Positions 25,496 to 37,501 of a stretch of DNA of 64,000 nucleotides are shown piece after piece (position 1 is the stretch's first letter; every line of letters begins with the position of its first letter). Position numbers and translations under genes: made by a program. The stretch lies in the NCBI RefSeq assembly GCF_044704955.1, contig NC_091982.1:54312001-54376000 (forward strand), given 5' to 3'. A model generated the notes under the pieces. That model had not been told where the DNA came from. It saw only the letters and a program-made list of their open reading frames with translations, and searched no databases. Origin of the DNA: Pristiophorus japonicus (taxonomy: Eukaryota).

Positions 25496-25661
25496 TGTCA
25501 TAACACAAGAGTCCTGTTATTATCAACCGCCACCGGGTGTGTACCTGATCTCTTTTATTCTGCCTTGGATAAGTACAAGACCCGACTTGCTGTATTGCCT
25601 GCATGACATCCGACAGTGGCGCCCTCTGGTGTCTGGTGACTCCAAGCATAAATATATTACA
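25496..25661 (-). mobile_element. 166-bp solo LTR inverted relative to 25271-25436
   Basis: Reverse complement matches 25271-25436 at roughly 90%. Confidence 0.8.
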
Positions 25662-25721
25662 GCAATTATCACATGCAGCATGAGAGCCAACCCAATATCT
25701 CACACTGAACATAACACCTAT

Positions 25722-25970
25722 GCAACAACAACAACATTTATATAGCACCTTTAACCTAGTAATACGTCCCGAGGGGCTTCGCAGGAGCGATTATCAAACA
25801 AAGTTTGACACCGAGCCACATAAGGAGACATTAGGACAGGCGACCAAACGCTGGGTCAAAGAGGTACGGAGCATCTTAACGGAGGAGAGAGGTAGAGAGG
25901 CGTAGAGGTTTAGGGAGGGAATTCCAGAGCTTAGGATCCAGGTAGCTGAAGGCACATCTGCCAATGGAGA
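25722..25970 (-). mobile_element. L2-type 3' end
   Basis: caacaacaacatttatatagcacc tail, reverse of the 16480-17310 type. Confidence 0.65.
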
Positions 25971-26384
25971 CGTGAAAGAACTCTAGAAGGAACAACATGC
26001 CAGAAATGGAGGGACACAGAAGACAAGTTGCATCCTCCTCTAAAGAATAACTTTCAAAAAGGTATACCCCTGCGCACATTCTGGTTCTGCTCCCACAGCC
26101 AGCCAATTTGAATGGAGATCACAAAGATCAAGGGTGGTCTTGCTTTCCCTGTAGGCCTGGTCCTATGTCTGCTCAGGGTGTCTGTTGACACCACTGTGCC
26201 AGCCAATCAGTTGCAGGTGGGGCGGGACTTACAGCAGACTGGCAGCAGACAGTCTTATTTACAACAAACAAAGTCTTTTCCTCAGAAAATAGCAAAACAA
26301 ACAAAGACCATTTGCAGGGTCTATTTAAAAAGAATCTCTACGCACTACAGCAAACATAACTCATGTCGGAAACTACAGCAAAGT

Positions 26385-26690
26385 ACATAAGAACATAAGA
26401 AATAGGAGCAGGATTAGGCCATTTGGCCCCTCGAGCCTGCTCCACCATTTAATATCATGGCTGATCCGATCATGGACTCAGCTCCACTTCCCTGCCCGCT
26501 CCCCATAACCCTTTACTCCTTTATCGCTCAAAAATCTGTCTATCTCCACCCTAAATATATTCAATGACCCAGCCTCCACAGCTCTCTAGGGCAGAGAATT
26601 CCATAGATTTACAACCCTCTGAGAGAAGAAATTCCTGCTTATCTCAGTTTTAAATGTGTGGCCCCTTATTCTGAGACTATGTACCCCTAT
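26385..26690 (-). mobile_element. CR1 3' end
   Basis: acataagaacataagaa tail; NFFSQRVVNLWNSLP. Confidence 0.85.
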
Positions 26691-27049
26691 GAAAGTCTCC
26701 CTATAAAAGCAGGGTGATTTCGCCCGATAAATTAAAGTGTGTGGAGGATAGTCACATAAACGTAAAATCAATCCCAGTCACTTGCAGATGTGCGTGATTG
26801 ATGGGGAAATTACTCAACTATCTGCATTCGGGTCAGGTATAGTGGTGTCACTCTGTTGAGCCTATTCGCTGGGCAGTGCTAACCTCTCCCACCCCCACAG
26901 AGCACACAGGCAAGCAGACTTCTCACTGCTAGAAAGTGCATACACTGAGAGTAAAGTGCAAACCTGCCCCACCTAACCTGAGACATTTGTTAATCGGAAA
27001 GATGAATGCACAGCCTCCAGCTGGAAATCAAAGCATGAGGTAGTCTAGT

Positions 27050-29415
27050 TGTCATGTATGTAACCTTTATGTAACAACACTGCAATACTGTATATATGTA
27101 AGAAATGCACACCTTGACCACAGGGGGTGAACTTGTGGGAGACACTCCTCACCTGGTCACCCAGGTATTTAAAGGGAGGTCTCACGCAAGGTCATCACTT
27201 CTTTGTCCCGTGAATAAAGGTTCATGTCATGGAGTGATTTTGTCCATAGAATGTGCCTCATGTGGATTTGTGGTATTGTGTAAGGACTTTACATTGGCGA
27301 TGAGAAACAGGAATCAATGCCCCACGAGAATGGCCACCGGCAGCACAGATGAACGGTACTGTGTTGGTGAGGACTGGGACGATTTCATTGAGAGGCTCCA
27401 GCAAAGTTTTGTCATGAAGGACTGGCTGGGAGATGCAGTGGCCGACAAGCGAAGGGCCCATCTGCTGACCAGCTGTGGACCTAAGACTTACGCACTTATG
27501 AAAGACCTGCTAGCATCAGAGAATTCGGCAGACAAAACCTTCGAAGAGCTCAGCAAACCAATCAGTGAGCACCTCAAACCGGCGAGCAGTGTACACATGG
27601 CCCAACACAGATTTTATACACACCAACGTCGGGAAGGATAGAGCATACCGGATTTCGTTGCAGACCTCCGGTGCTTGGCCAGCCTCTGTAAGTTCACAGA
27701 CGCCTGCAGGGGGGAGATGCTAAGGGATTTCTTTATTGAGGGCATCGGTCATGCTGGGATTTTCAGAAAGCTAATTGCGACCAAGGACTTGACCTTGGAA
27801 GCGGCGACGTTGATGGCTCAGACTTTTATGGCAGGGGAGGAGGAAACCAAGATAATATACGTGCGCAATTCTGCCTCCAACGTGGCGATGGATCAGGGAG
27901 TCAATATCATAAATGCGAGCCCCGCAGGCAGGCAAGGGCAGTTCAAGACATCCCAGGCAGCAATAGACCCAAGAGTAAGTCTCCAACAGAAACAATGGCA
28001 GGCTGAACAGACATTTACGCCCCCCCCCAATGGACAATGCGGCCCGGGATGGGGTGCTCAAGAGTAGTCAATGGGACAATCAATGAAGAATGCCTTGCAA
28101 CAGCTCTTTTGTTCACAACAATGGGAATCTCAGTTCATGCTGGAGGTGTGGGGGCAGACATGCTGCCAGGACTTGCAGGTTTCAACAGTTCGTCTGCAGA
28201 AATTGTAACCTCAGTGGCCATTTAGCCAGAATGTGCAGAAAGCCTGTAACCAGGCTAATATATGAGATGGATGAACCAGATGAGGGGTCTGCGAGGCAGG
28301 ATGGACGCTGAAGTTCAGCGGGTTCATGTGGCAAACATTCACAGCTCATTTACCAAAACGCCACCTATGATGATGAAAGTCCTATTAAACAGCATGGAGC
28401 TGGACACGGGGGCCAGCCAGTCACTCATGAGTGTTCAACAATTCGAAAAGCTGTGGCCACTCAAAGCCAGCAGACCCAAACTAGAACGCATTGAGACGCA
28501 ATTACGGACGTACACCAAAGAAATCATTCCAGTGCTAGGCAGTGCAATGTTGACGGTCACACACAATGGATCGGTGAACCGGCTGCCGCTCTGGATTGTC
28601 CCGGGCAATGGTCCCGCACTGTTGGAGAGGAGCTGGTTAGCTGAGATGAACTGGAAATGAGGGGATGTGCATGCCATGTCAATCTGTGGAGCGAAGTTCA
28701 TGCTCACAGGTCCTACAGCAATTTGAGTCACTATTTCAACCTGGCGTTGGGACGTTCAAAGGTACCAAAGTAGTGATACGCATCACCCCGGACGCCAGAC
28801 CAGTGCACCACAAAGCCAGAGCTGTGCCGTATGTGATGCAGGAGAAAATTGAGAGAGTTGGACCGGTTGCTGAGAGAGGGCATCAACTCGCCCATTGAAT
28901 TCAGCGACTGGGCGAGCCCCATCGTTCCCGTCCTAAAAGCGGATGGCTCGGTCAGGATCTGTGGCGACTACAAGGCCACTATCAACCGGGTGTCCCTACA
29001 AGACCAATACCCACTCCCGAGAGCAGAGGACCTTTTTGCCACGCTGGCAGGCAGCAAGCTGTTCACCAAGTTAGAGCTCACGTCAGTCTACATGACCCAA
29101 GAACTGGCCGACGAATCTAAACTATTGACCACCATCACCACGCACAAGGGGCTGTTTGTCTACAAATGGTGTCCATTTGGCATTCGATCAGCAGCCGCGA
29201 TTTTTCAAAGAAACATGGCAAGCTTGCTCAAATCCATTCCTGGAACAATCGTATTTCAGGACGACATCCTCATCGCCGGTCGTGACACCGAGGAACACCA
29301 CCACAACCTGGAGTAGGTGCTACGCTGACTGGACCGGGTAGGCCTGCGACTCAAGAAGTCTAAGTGTGTGTTTTTGGCTCCCGAGGTCGAGTTCCTGGGC
29401 AGGAGGGTTGCTGCA
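27050..29415 (+). mobile_element. 3'-truncated Mag-like Gypsy element (LTR-gag-PR-RT), degraded
   Basis: LTR 27050-27293, PBS TGGCGA at 27295, gag from 27330, CCHC knuckles, protease MELDTGA, RT WASPIVPVLK and FQDD; ends in the RT thumb. Confidence 0.9.
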
Positions 29416-29954
29416 TATGTTACAACAACAGCTTCTGGTCTCTGAAACCTTTTCTCAGCATAGCGGCCTGTACCAGACAAGGCTACGCCAATGGCTTACT
29501 TGCATTCTTAAACAGTCCATTTTTTTCTCCCAGCAGATGCACAACTATGACTGGTGTATCCTGCAGCAAATAACATTGCAATAAAGTGACTTCACACAAT
29601 GTATGTAATTTTCTGGTCAATAAAGAAACCATCATTTCTAAACCACTTGGAAAGTAATTTTTAACCCGGCCTTCTGTCGGCAGCTTTGCGACACTTGGAG
29701 AGATTTGACGTGTTCTAAAGACAAAAGGCTACTCAGGTTTTGGAAGGAAGGTGAAGGATATTCTCATGCCTGATTGCCATTCATTTGAGAAATCACAAGG
29801 AAATGTCTGCTGCAATGCCCTCAAGTTTTTGTCTGCTTCTGAAGTGTCTGCGGTATAAAGGGTCTTTAATTTATGTGTTGTATTACTTGGATTTTTATGA
29901 ACACAAGGGCCTCATTTCCTTGCTCATATCTTTTTTTTAGCTTTTTTGAAGAAA

Positions 29955-30635
29955 CATAAAGAAAAACTTGTATTTATATAGCGCCTTACACAACTACTGG
30001 ATGTCTCAAAGTGCTTTACAGCCAATTAAGTACATTTGGAGTGTATTCACTGTTGTAATGTGTGGAAACGTGACAGCCAATTTGCGCACAGCAAGCTTCC
30101 ACAAACAGCAATGTGATAAAGACCAGATAATCTGTTTTTGTTACAATGATTGAGGGAGAAATGTTTGCCAGAACTCCGGGGAGAACTCGCCTGCTCTTCT
30201 TCGAAATCGTGCCATGGGATCCTTTACGTCCACTTCAGAGGGCAGATGGGGCCACGGTTTTGTTGTCTCATCCGAAAGATGGATTAAACGTCTCATCAGA
30301 AAGATGCACAATATGTGTAAGATTTTCTGATCCTCATTTGGCCATATACAAAGTACTGGAAGTGAAAGTGATGTTGCTTGAGGGATAAATATTGGCCAGG
30401 ACACCTTGCTCTTCTTCAAAATAGCGCAAGAGCAACTTTTATGTCCATCTGAGAGGATAGGTTGTGTCTCGGTTTAACGTCTCATCCAAAAGACAGCACA
30501 TTTGACAGTGCAGTGCTTGCTCAGTACTACATTGGAGTATCACCTAGATTTTGTTTTTAAGTTCCTGGAATGGGGCTAAAACCCACAACCTTTTGACTCA
30601 GAAGTGAGCATGCTACCAACTGAGCCACGGCTGAC
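29955..30635 (-). mobile_element. Deu-domain SINE(s), partly duplicated
   Basis: Tail cttgtatttatatagcgcc, core, tRNA-like head at 30560-30635. Confidence 0.75.
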
Positions 30636-30771
30636 CCATTTGGATTCACATTCTCATTAAAAGGGGCATATCGTGCAATTTTCAGGCAATTCAGAGGACA
30701 GTTTGCTTGGGTTATTCAGTTTTTGCACAAGTCTGAAGTGTGGACAAATGTTCAATAAAGTGTGTCTACGA

Positions 30772-31010
30772 TAATAAAAACTGAAATGCTGGAAATACTC
30801 CGCAGGTCAGGCAGCATCTGTGGAGAGAGAAACAGAGTTAACATTTCAGGTTGATGAGCTTTCGTCAGAACTGAAAAAAGTTAGAGACCTAACAGGTTTT
30901 AAGTAAGTGCAGGGGCAGGAAAGGGGGGGAGGGGAGGGAAGAACAAAAGGGAAGGTCTGTGATAGGGTGGAAGGCAGGAGAGATTAAATGACAAAGGGTA
31001 TGATAGTACA
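30772..31010 (-). mobile_element. Penelope-like element terminal fragment
   Basis: aaatgctggaaatactc..caggtcaggcagcatctgtggagagagaaacagagttaac signature with a hammerhead-like core. Confidence 0.7.
30835..30873 (-). ncRNA. Degenerate minimal type I hammerhead ribozyme
   Basis: Minus strand cagtt-CTGACGA-aagctcatcaacct-GAAA-tgtt-aact; stems II and III mutated. Confidence 0.5.
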
Positions 31011-31690
31011 AAGTGTGTCTATGTTTTTGAATTTTTTGTGCTTTAGTGTCTAAAGTATAACAATGAAATTTGTAACAGTGAGAAACTGTTGTAAAGCTCA
31101 AGATTGCTGCATTGGCTTCAATTTTATGCAGAATTTCTGATTTACAGCCAATTAGGATGGAAACCTGAGCTAGCAGGAGCACATTATTATGCTGTACTGA
31201 CTTCATACAAATTGCTAATTGTGCACTGTATGTTATCCCTTGGATTAAGTCAACTATCAGACCATAGGGAGCGAAGGGTGGGAGTACGCCATTTTGTGGC
31301 TGGGAGAGAGGAAAGCCCAAGGCAGCATGGACACACTGTTCATTCTCGCCTCACTAAGGTACGTTTTTGATTTCCATTTGTTCTCCGCCATTGGCGCCCC
31401 CACTCAGTCGGCTGTTAAAGTGCCATCAGGGTCCTAATGACATCATAAGACCCCATTTGCAAGTATTCATGAGGCACGCCTGCTTGTGATGGATGCCAGA
31501 GCTGGTGAAAGAAAGAGTGCCTGATCGAAATGGCTCAGAGCAGTAATTGAGCCATTTTAACTATGCACACACCCCATTCCTGCCGTTGGGGTGGAAGGGT
31601 TAAAATTCCCCTTTTCTGTTTACTGACGGGAAGGATTATTGTGTCACAGTTACAAAGACACTGGGGTTTAAATTATGAGGACAGGTTGCC

Positions 31691-32638
31691 TTTAAGCTGT
31701 TCGGCCATGCGGTGGCACAGCATTCCAGGGTTCCAACGCAGACGGCAAGTCTGCTTTTGAATTGATCTTGAATTGACACTGATTCTTAGACCTCAGAACT
31801 TATAAGGGGAAAGGACAACACATGGCACAAAACTTAGGCTAAACCCAGTGTCAGTTTTATTATGCAACAAAAACCGACTAAAACTACAGGACTAGACTTC
31901 TGAGAGAAATTGACTGAAGACATGCAATCACCAGCCCTGGCCGTAGCTATTGTAGATTCATGGTCATTGATTCCGTGACCAGTTGGTTCTTCTTCTGGCC
32001 GTTCTCTGCAGTGCTGTTCCTTTCATGTCCTTCTGTCTCTCTGTTTGTCCTTCTTCCTTCATTCTTTCACCTGCTTCTGTTCCTTCCTCGTTTCCGTGCC
32101 TGCTTGTATTTCTGTGTTTGTATATTATATCCATAGTATGAATAATTTTCCTGCTGGGCCGGGGTCCGATTAATGTGCCTGGATCGATGCGGTGATTTGT
32201 GTAATTGGCTGTGGTGATGAGTTTGAATGGCTACTAATTTGTACACGGAGTCGACAGTGCAAAAGATAACTTCTTATCCTGAATGCTCTGTTATCCAAAA
32301 ATGTGCATTTCATAGGGTCCTTTGTAGTCCTGGTTTTCTTGCCGGTATCTGGGGTATCAATGTCTTTATCTGTATGCATAACCAAGTTTCATTCTTGACC
32401 ACAGAGATCGCTTTTAATGGGTGATGAGTCACCACTTGCCTCAGGCTGGCACCTGTTCCCCTCCCAGGCAGTCCAAAGGTTTTTACTTTAAAACTGTTTG
32501 TGGCCTCTTCCTGTGCCTTGTTCCAAGAAAAATAGGTGTACCTTACAAAAAAACACGCATGCGCGGACTTTTGACTGGGCTGCGCAGATCTTTAAAGGGG
32601 CCACTTGGCCCAAAACAAAATTATGTGGATCATTACTT
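31691..32638 (-). mobile_element. Possible solo LTR-like insertion in a CR1 fragment
   Basis: CR1 sequence on both sides; AATAAA- and TATA-like signals on minus; termini and TSD not resolved. Confidence 0.35.
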
Positions 32639-32705
32639 GACGATTAAGAGGCAATCTGATTGAGGTGTTTAAGATGATTAAAGAAGTTAATAGGGTGGAT
32701 AGAGT

Positions 32706-33363
32706 GGAAATATCCTCTCTGCATCCACCTTGTTGAGCCCCCTCATTATCTTATATGTTTCGATAAGATCACCTCTCATTCTTCTGAACTCCAATGTGTA
32801 TAGGCCCGATCTTCTCAACCTATCCTCCATAAGTCAACACCCTCATATCCGGAATCAACCTAGTGAACCTTCTCTGAACAGCCTCCAATGAAAGTATATC
32901 CTTCCTTAAATCGGAGACCAAAACAGTATGCAGTACTCCAGATGTGGCCTCACCAATACCCTGTACAGTTGTAGCAGGACTTTTCTGCTTTTATAATCTG
33001 TCTCCCTTGCAATAAAGGCCAACATTCCATTTGCCTTACTGATTACTTGCTGTACCTGCATATAAACTTTTTGTGTTTCATGCACAAGGATCCCCAGGTC
33101 CCTCTGTACTGCAGCACTTTGCAATTTTTCTCCATTTAAATTATAATTTGCTTTTCTATTACTTCTGCCAAAATGGATAACCTCACATTTTCCCACATTA
33201 TATTCCATCTGCCAAATTTTTGCCCACTCACTTAGCCTGTCTATATCCCTTTGCAGATGTTTTGTGTCCTCCTCACAATTTGCTTTCCCACCCATCTTTG
33301 TATCATCAGCAAACTTGGTTACATTACACTCGGTCCCTTCATCCAGTCATTAATATGGATTGT
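32706..33363 (-). mobile_element. CR1 RT fragment
   Basis: ORF 32906-33295 LQRDIDRLSEWA...RPHLEYC. Confidence 0.88.
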
Positions 33364-33869
33364 CAGTGGTGAGAGAGGTTGCTCCAAGGAGGTGACAGTG
33401 AATGGAGAATTCACTGCAAACACTTCCAAAGTGCATACAGCTCAAAAATCTTTTCCAAATCCTTAAGGCTTCAACTTCGGAGATTGGAAAGTGAACAGCT
33501 GTGGAATGATAGCTGTTATACCACTTCTGCAGATGTCAACTAGCCAAAGCAATCGAGACTCATTGAGAACCCGACACACTTACGTGAAACCCGAGGGACA
33601 GCAATGCCGCCAAAAGGTTAATAAATTTGAAAGCGCCTGCTTTCAACCATCATAATTACCATTTAAGTACCTTTTAATTATATAAATTACATGTCCCGCC
33701 ACTTGCTGTCGGGTCGGCAATCCAAACGTCGACCTGACAGGTCAGAAACTCACATGGAGGTGGATTCAGTGCGCGATCCCGACTCGCTGTCAATCACGGT
33801 CACTTTGACAGCGGGCCCACCTCCAAACCCGCACTCGCAGGGCTGGCAAAACTCTGGCCCAAGACGCTA

Positions 33870-34795
33870 GTTTATTACTCCAGGTCTCTGTAACTACTCC
33901 AGTAACATGACCTCGATGCTACCGTACCCCATGGCCTACTCCAGTTCCTATGTTGCTAAATTGTGCGAGGTCTACAAATTTTAACAATTTGCACAAGAAA
34001 TATTAATCATAATCAGTAAGTGTCAGCATGATTAATCAAACCAAGAGTTCAGTATACAGATTCAATTTGGTAAAAGAGCATCACTGTATATCTCTTTAGC
34101 CATTAAGTCGAAAGTAGTTTCAAAACTTTACAAGACAATCCAATTGAAAATCAATGGGAAACTTGCACATTTAGCCAAAAGGTAATATAGAATCCCTTTA
34201 AAATGTCCATCAAATAGTTTAGAGACTCAATAAATGTAGAGAAAAACCGTGACCTTTTGATTGTATTATTTGAGAATGGCAATTACATTTTAAAAAGCAA
34301 TTGCTTTGTAAGCTTTTTAAAAAAGATGCTTTAGGCATTGCTTTGTGTCATTTATATTCTATTTAACCAAATAAAGTATCACCACTAAAATGGTTTCTCA
34401 TTCCTTGGAAAAAGGCGAGAGTCCCGAACGGTGTGGGAAGGGGAGGATCCAGTTGTCGTGGTCCACGTCGGAACCAACAACATAGGTAGAACTGGGAATG
34501 AGGTTCTGCTGAGAGAGTTTGGGCTCCAAATTAAAAAGCAGAACCTCAAATGTAATAATCTCTGTATTGTTACCTGAGCCACGCACAAATTGGCATAGGG
34601 ACAAGCAGATCAGAGAGCTAAACACGTGGTTCAAAGAGTGATGTGGGAGGAAGGGGTTTCGATTCATGGGGCACTGGCAACAGTACTGGAGAAAGAGAGA
34701 GCTGTTCCGTTGGGATGGTCTCCACTTAAACCGGACTGGAACCAGTGTCCTGGCGAATTGAATAACTGGGGCTGTAGATAGGCCTCTAACCTAAA
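33870..34795 (+). repeat. Local duplication copy 1 (unique DNA plus CR1 ORF1 esterase fragment 34425-34795)
   Basis: Colinear with 39385-39601 plus 43543-44283; VVVHVGTN..G and WDGLHLN SGNH motifs. Confidence 0.85.
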
Positions 34796-35403
34796 AAGGA
34801 AGATAATTTTTTGTTAAGTAAGGGTACTAAGGGTTACAGAACCAAGATAGATAGATGGAGCTAAGATACAGATCAGCCATGATCTAACTGACCAAGGGCA
34901 TTTAAAAAATGTATTCGTGCTTGGGATGTGGGTGTCGCTGGCTAGGCCGGCATTTATTGTCTGTCCCTAACTGTCCGAGAGAAGAGGGTGTTGAGCCACC
35001 TTCTTGAACTGCTGCAGTCCTTGTGAAGGTACTCCCACACTGCTGACTTTATCGTAGCAGTTTGTTTCAACTGAGCGGCTTTCTAGGCTCCATCAGAGAG
35101 CAGTTAAGAATCAACCTCATTGTTGTGGGTCTGGAATCACATGTAGGCCAGACTGGGTAAGGGAGGCAGATTTTCTTCCCCAAAGAACATTAGTGAACCA
35201 AATGGGTGTGTACAACAATCTGGTAGTTTCCTGTTCACCATTACTGATACTAGCTTTTTATTCCAGATTTATTTACTTAACTGAATTTGAACTCACGTCT
35301 CCTGGATCATTAGTGCAGACCTCTGGATTACTAGTCCAGTAACATAACCACTATGCCGTTACGGCAAATTTGTGGCAAGACTCATTTTAGCAATCTCTTT
35401 GTA

Positions 35404-35470
35404 ATAAAGAAAGAAAGAAAGAAAGAAAGGAAGAAAGGAAGAAAGGAAGAAAGGAAGAAAGAAAGAAAAA
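35404..35470 (+). repeat. (GAAA)n/(GGAAGAAA)n microsatellite, a SINE tail split by the LTR element
   Basis: Continues at 39214-39237 into a minus-strand Deu-SINE. Confidence 0.8.
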
Positions 35471-37225
35471 AGTAAGTAACTAAGTGTTATGTTCAGAATA
35501 AATCCACAGGACTATGTCGCAAGCTCAAACTGTTGTGACCTTGGTCTCTTTAATTCAGACTCTCGAGTGAGGAAGCAGTATGGTGAATCATCTTTTATAA
35601 CTGCTTGCCCCAGAGTGCACAACTGACCCTCAGGTATCCCACAGGTGTGCACCCTGGTGGCAAGTCTTACATTTGGCTAAGGTCTATATACATAAATAAC
35701 ATCACTCCCCCACACCCCCCCAAAATCTTATTGTGCAAGTTATTTGCAAGTTGAGGCGATCAGGTGCCCCGCGTCCCTGGATCGATCTCCTGGGTTGAAG
35801 TCTTGACATGGTGGGTTCGTCCTTGTGGTTGACGGCAAAGTTGATTGTGTTGGTGAGTCGCTGGGGGCCAGGTCCCAACAGTGTGGTTCCTCGTCGCACT
35901 GCTTTACTCATTAGCCCGCTACATGGTTTCACAATCAAACACTCCATTTTCATCACATGCACTCCATTCCCCCCTTTGGCTAATGCGGTATTAGCGGCCC
36001 GACTGCAGCCCTGAACATGGTCTATATCACTTATTCTGATGTCGCATGGAGGGGCCGTGCACTTATGGTGCATTCTCTGCTGATGGTATGCGGAAGGCTC
36101 GGTTCTGAGTGATTCAGTCTGGTGATTGCGTAACACCCAGGATAGCCGGGTCTGTATGTAGTCTACCGTGGCACGCATGGTGCTAGGTTTAGTGATTTAG
36201 GCGCTGACCCTGAGGTCTGGCAAGCCCAGGATGGCTGCAATGGCCTTGAGACTTTCGGTAGTGCTGGGAGACCTAGTGGTCCCCGTGGACATTGGGCCGG
36301 AGTATGGGGGCCCCGGACAACCGATAGCTTGTAGCCCCCCTGCCTTGCTTTGCAATGTTGGGTGGGTCTATCGTCTTTTTGGCGGAGAGCTTGCCACATC
36401 CCGTCTAGCAGTTCACCTTTGCCAGGCGGTAACATGGGATCCTGGCTGGTCCAGGTCCTAAGTTGGGGGGCTGTTACGGTTGGCCCCTCACTTTCTAGCA
36501 CTTCCATGACCACGAGTGGGTCTGCAGGCTGCGCCGTTTCCACCCCGGGGGTGGGCAACGCTGGCCAACTGACAGCATGGGTGCCGCTCGCTGTGCCTGG
36601 CCCGTGACGGATCATGTTACAGTGCACAGACATTGTTGGACATTCTCGAAACAACGCATTGATAATGGAGCCTCTGCTCTCCCAAGCTCGTGGGATGAGC
36701 AACTTGTCTGACTCCAGCGCATATTGGGACACTCTTTGATACTTCTCTTTAGTCCCGTGAACACAGGCTGCTGCTCTGTTTAACTTATTTGATACATGTT
36801 CAATTGTTTGGTACTCGCCTGCTACTGTTGCTTGCTGCATAACACTCCCGACGCAGTGCTGTAACATCTCACTGGCTACGAATGCTTTGTTAGATACATG
36901 TATAACTGGTTGGGGTTCACCCACTACTTTGGCTTGCTGTAAAACACATCCAACCCCGTATGATAACACATCACTTGTTACAAGTACTTTGTCAGATGCA
37001 TATACGACCGATTGGTGTTCGCCCGCAACTTTGGTTTGTTACCCCAACCCCATACAATGGTACATCCTTGGCTGCGAAAGACCGTTCGCACGGGTTACAT
37101 GGTGCACACAATTAATTTGATTGTGGTGGGTTCCTGGCCTTCACCGCAGCCGCCCCTTTACCTTTGCACCAAACCCAGTCATCTTCCTTGCTGGGTGAAA
37201 CATTCCTCCATTCCGTTGCGGCGAC

Positions 37226-37403
37226 CTTCTGTGGTCTGGATGCTCTCTTGTCCCGTGGTCTGGATGCTCTCTCGTTCCGTGGTCTGTACACACTTTCGTC
37301 CCATGGTTTGAACGCACCTTCATCCCGTGGTCTGAACGCACCTTCGTCCCGTGGTCTGGACAACTTCTCATCCCGTGGTCTGGATGCGCTCTCGTCCGTG
37401 TCC
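37226..37403 (-). repeat. 24-nt tandem repeat, ~7 units (SRPRDE.A)
   Basis: cgtggtctggatgctctctcgtcc-like units. Confidence 0.85.
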
Positions 37404-37501
37404 ATGATGCCGACTGCCGTGATCTTCCTCTCCAGGTATTTTGCCTCTGGCGTCGGGAAGACGCATTCGGATCGTTTTGGTCAGAGTCCCACTCCGCGTG
37501 G

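Noticed and set aside
25271-25661. DIRS-type inverted terminal repeats
   Set aside because: The same repeat occurs alone at 44577 with TG ends and a 5-bp TSD, indicating an integrase-type LTR; no tyrosine recombinase nearby
37226-37403. CRISPR-like array
   Set aside because: Contiguous 24-nt tandem units without unique spacers, inside an LTR element in vertebrate DNA; no cas genes
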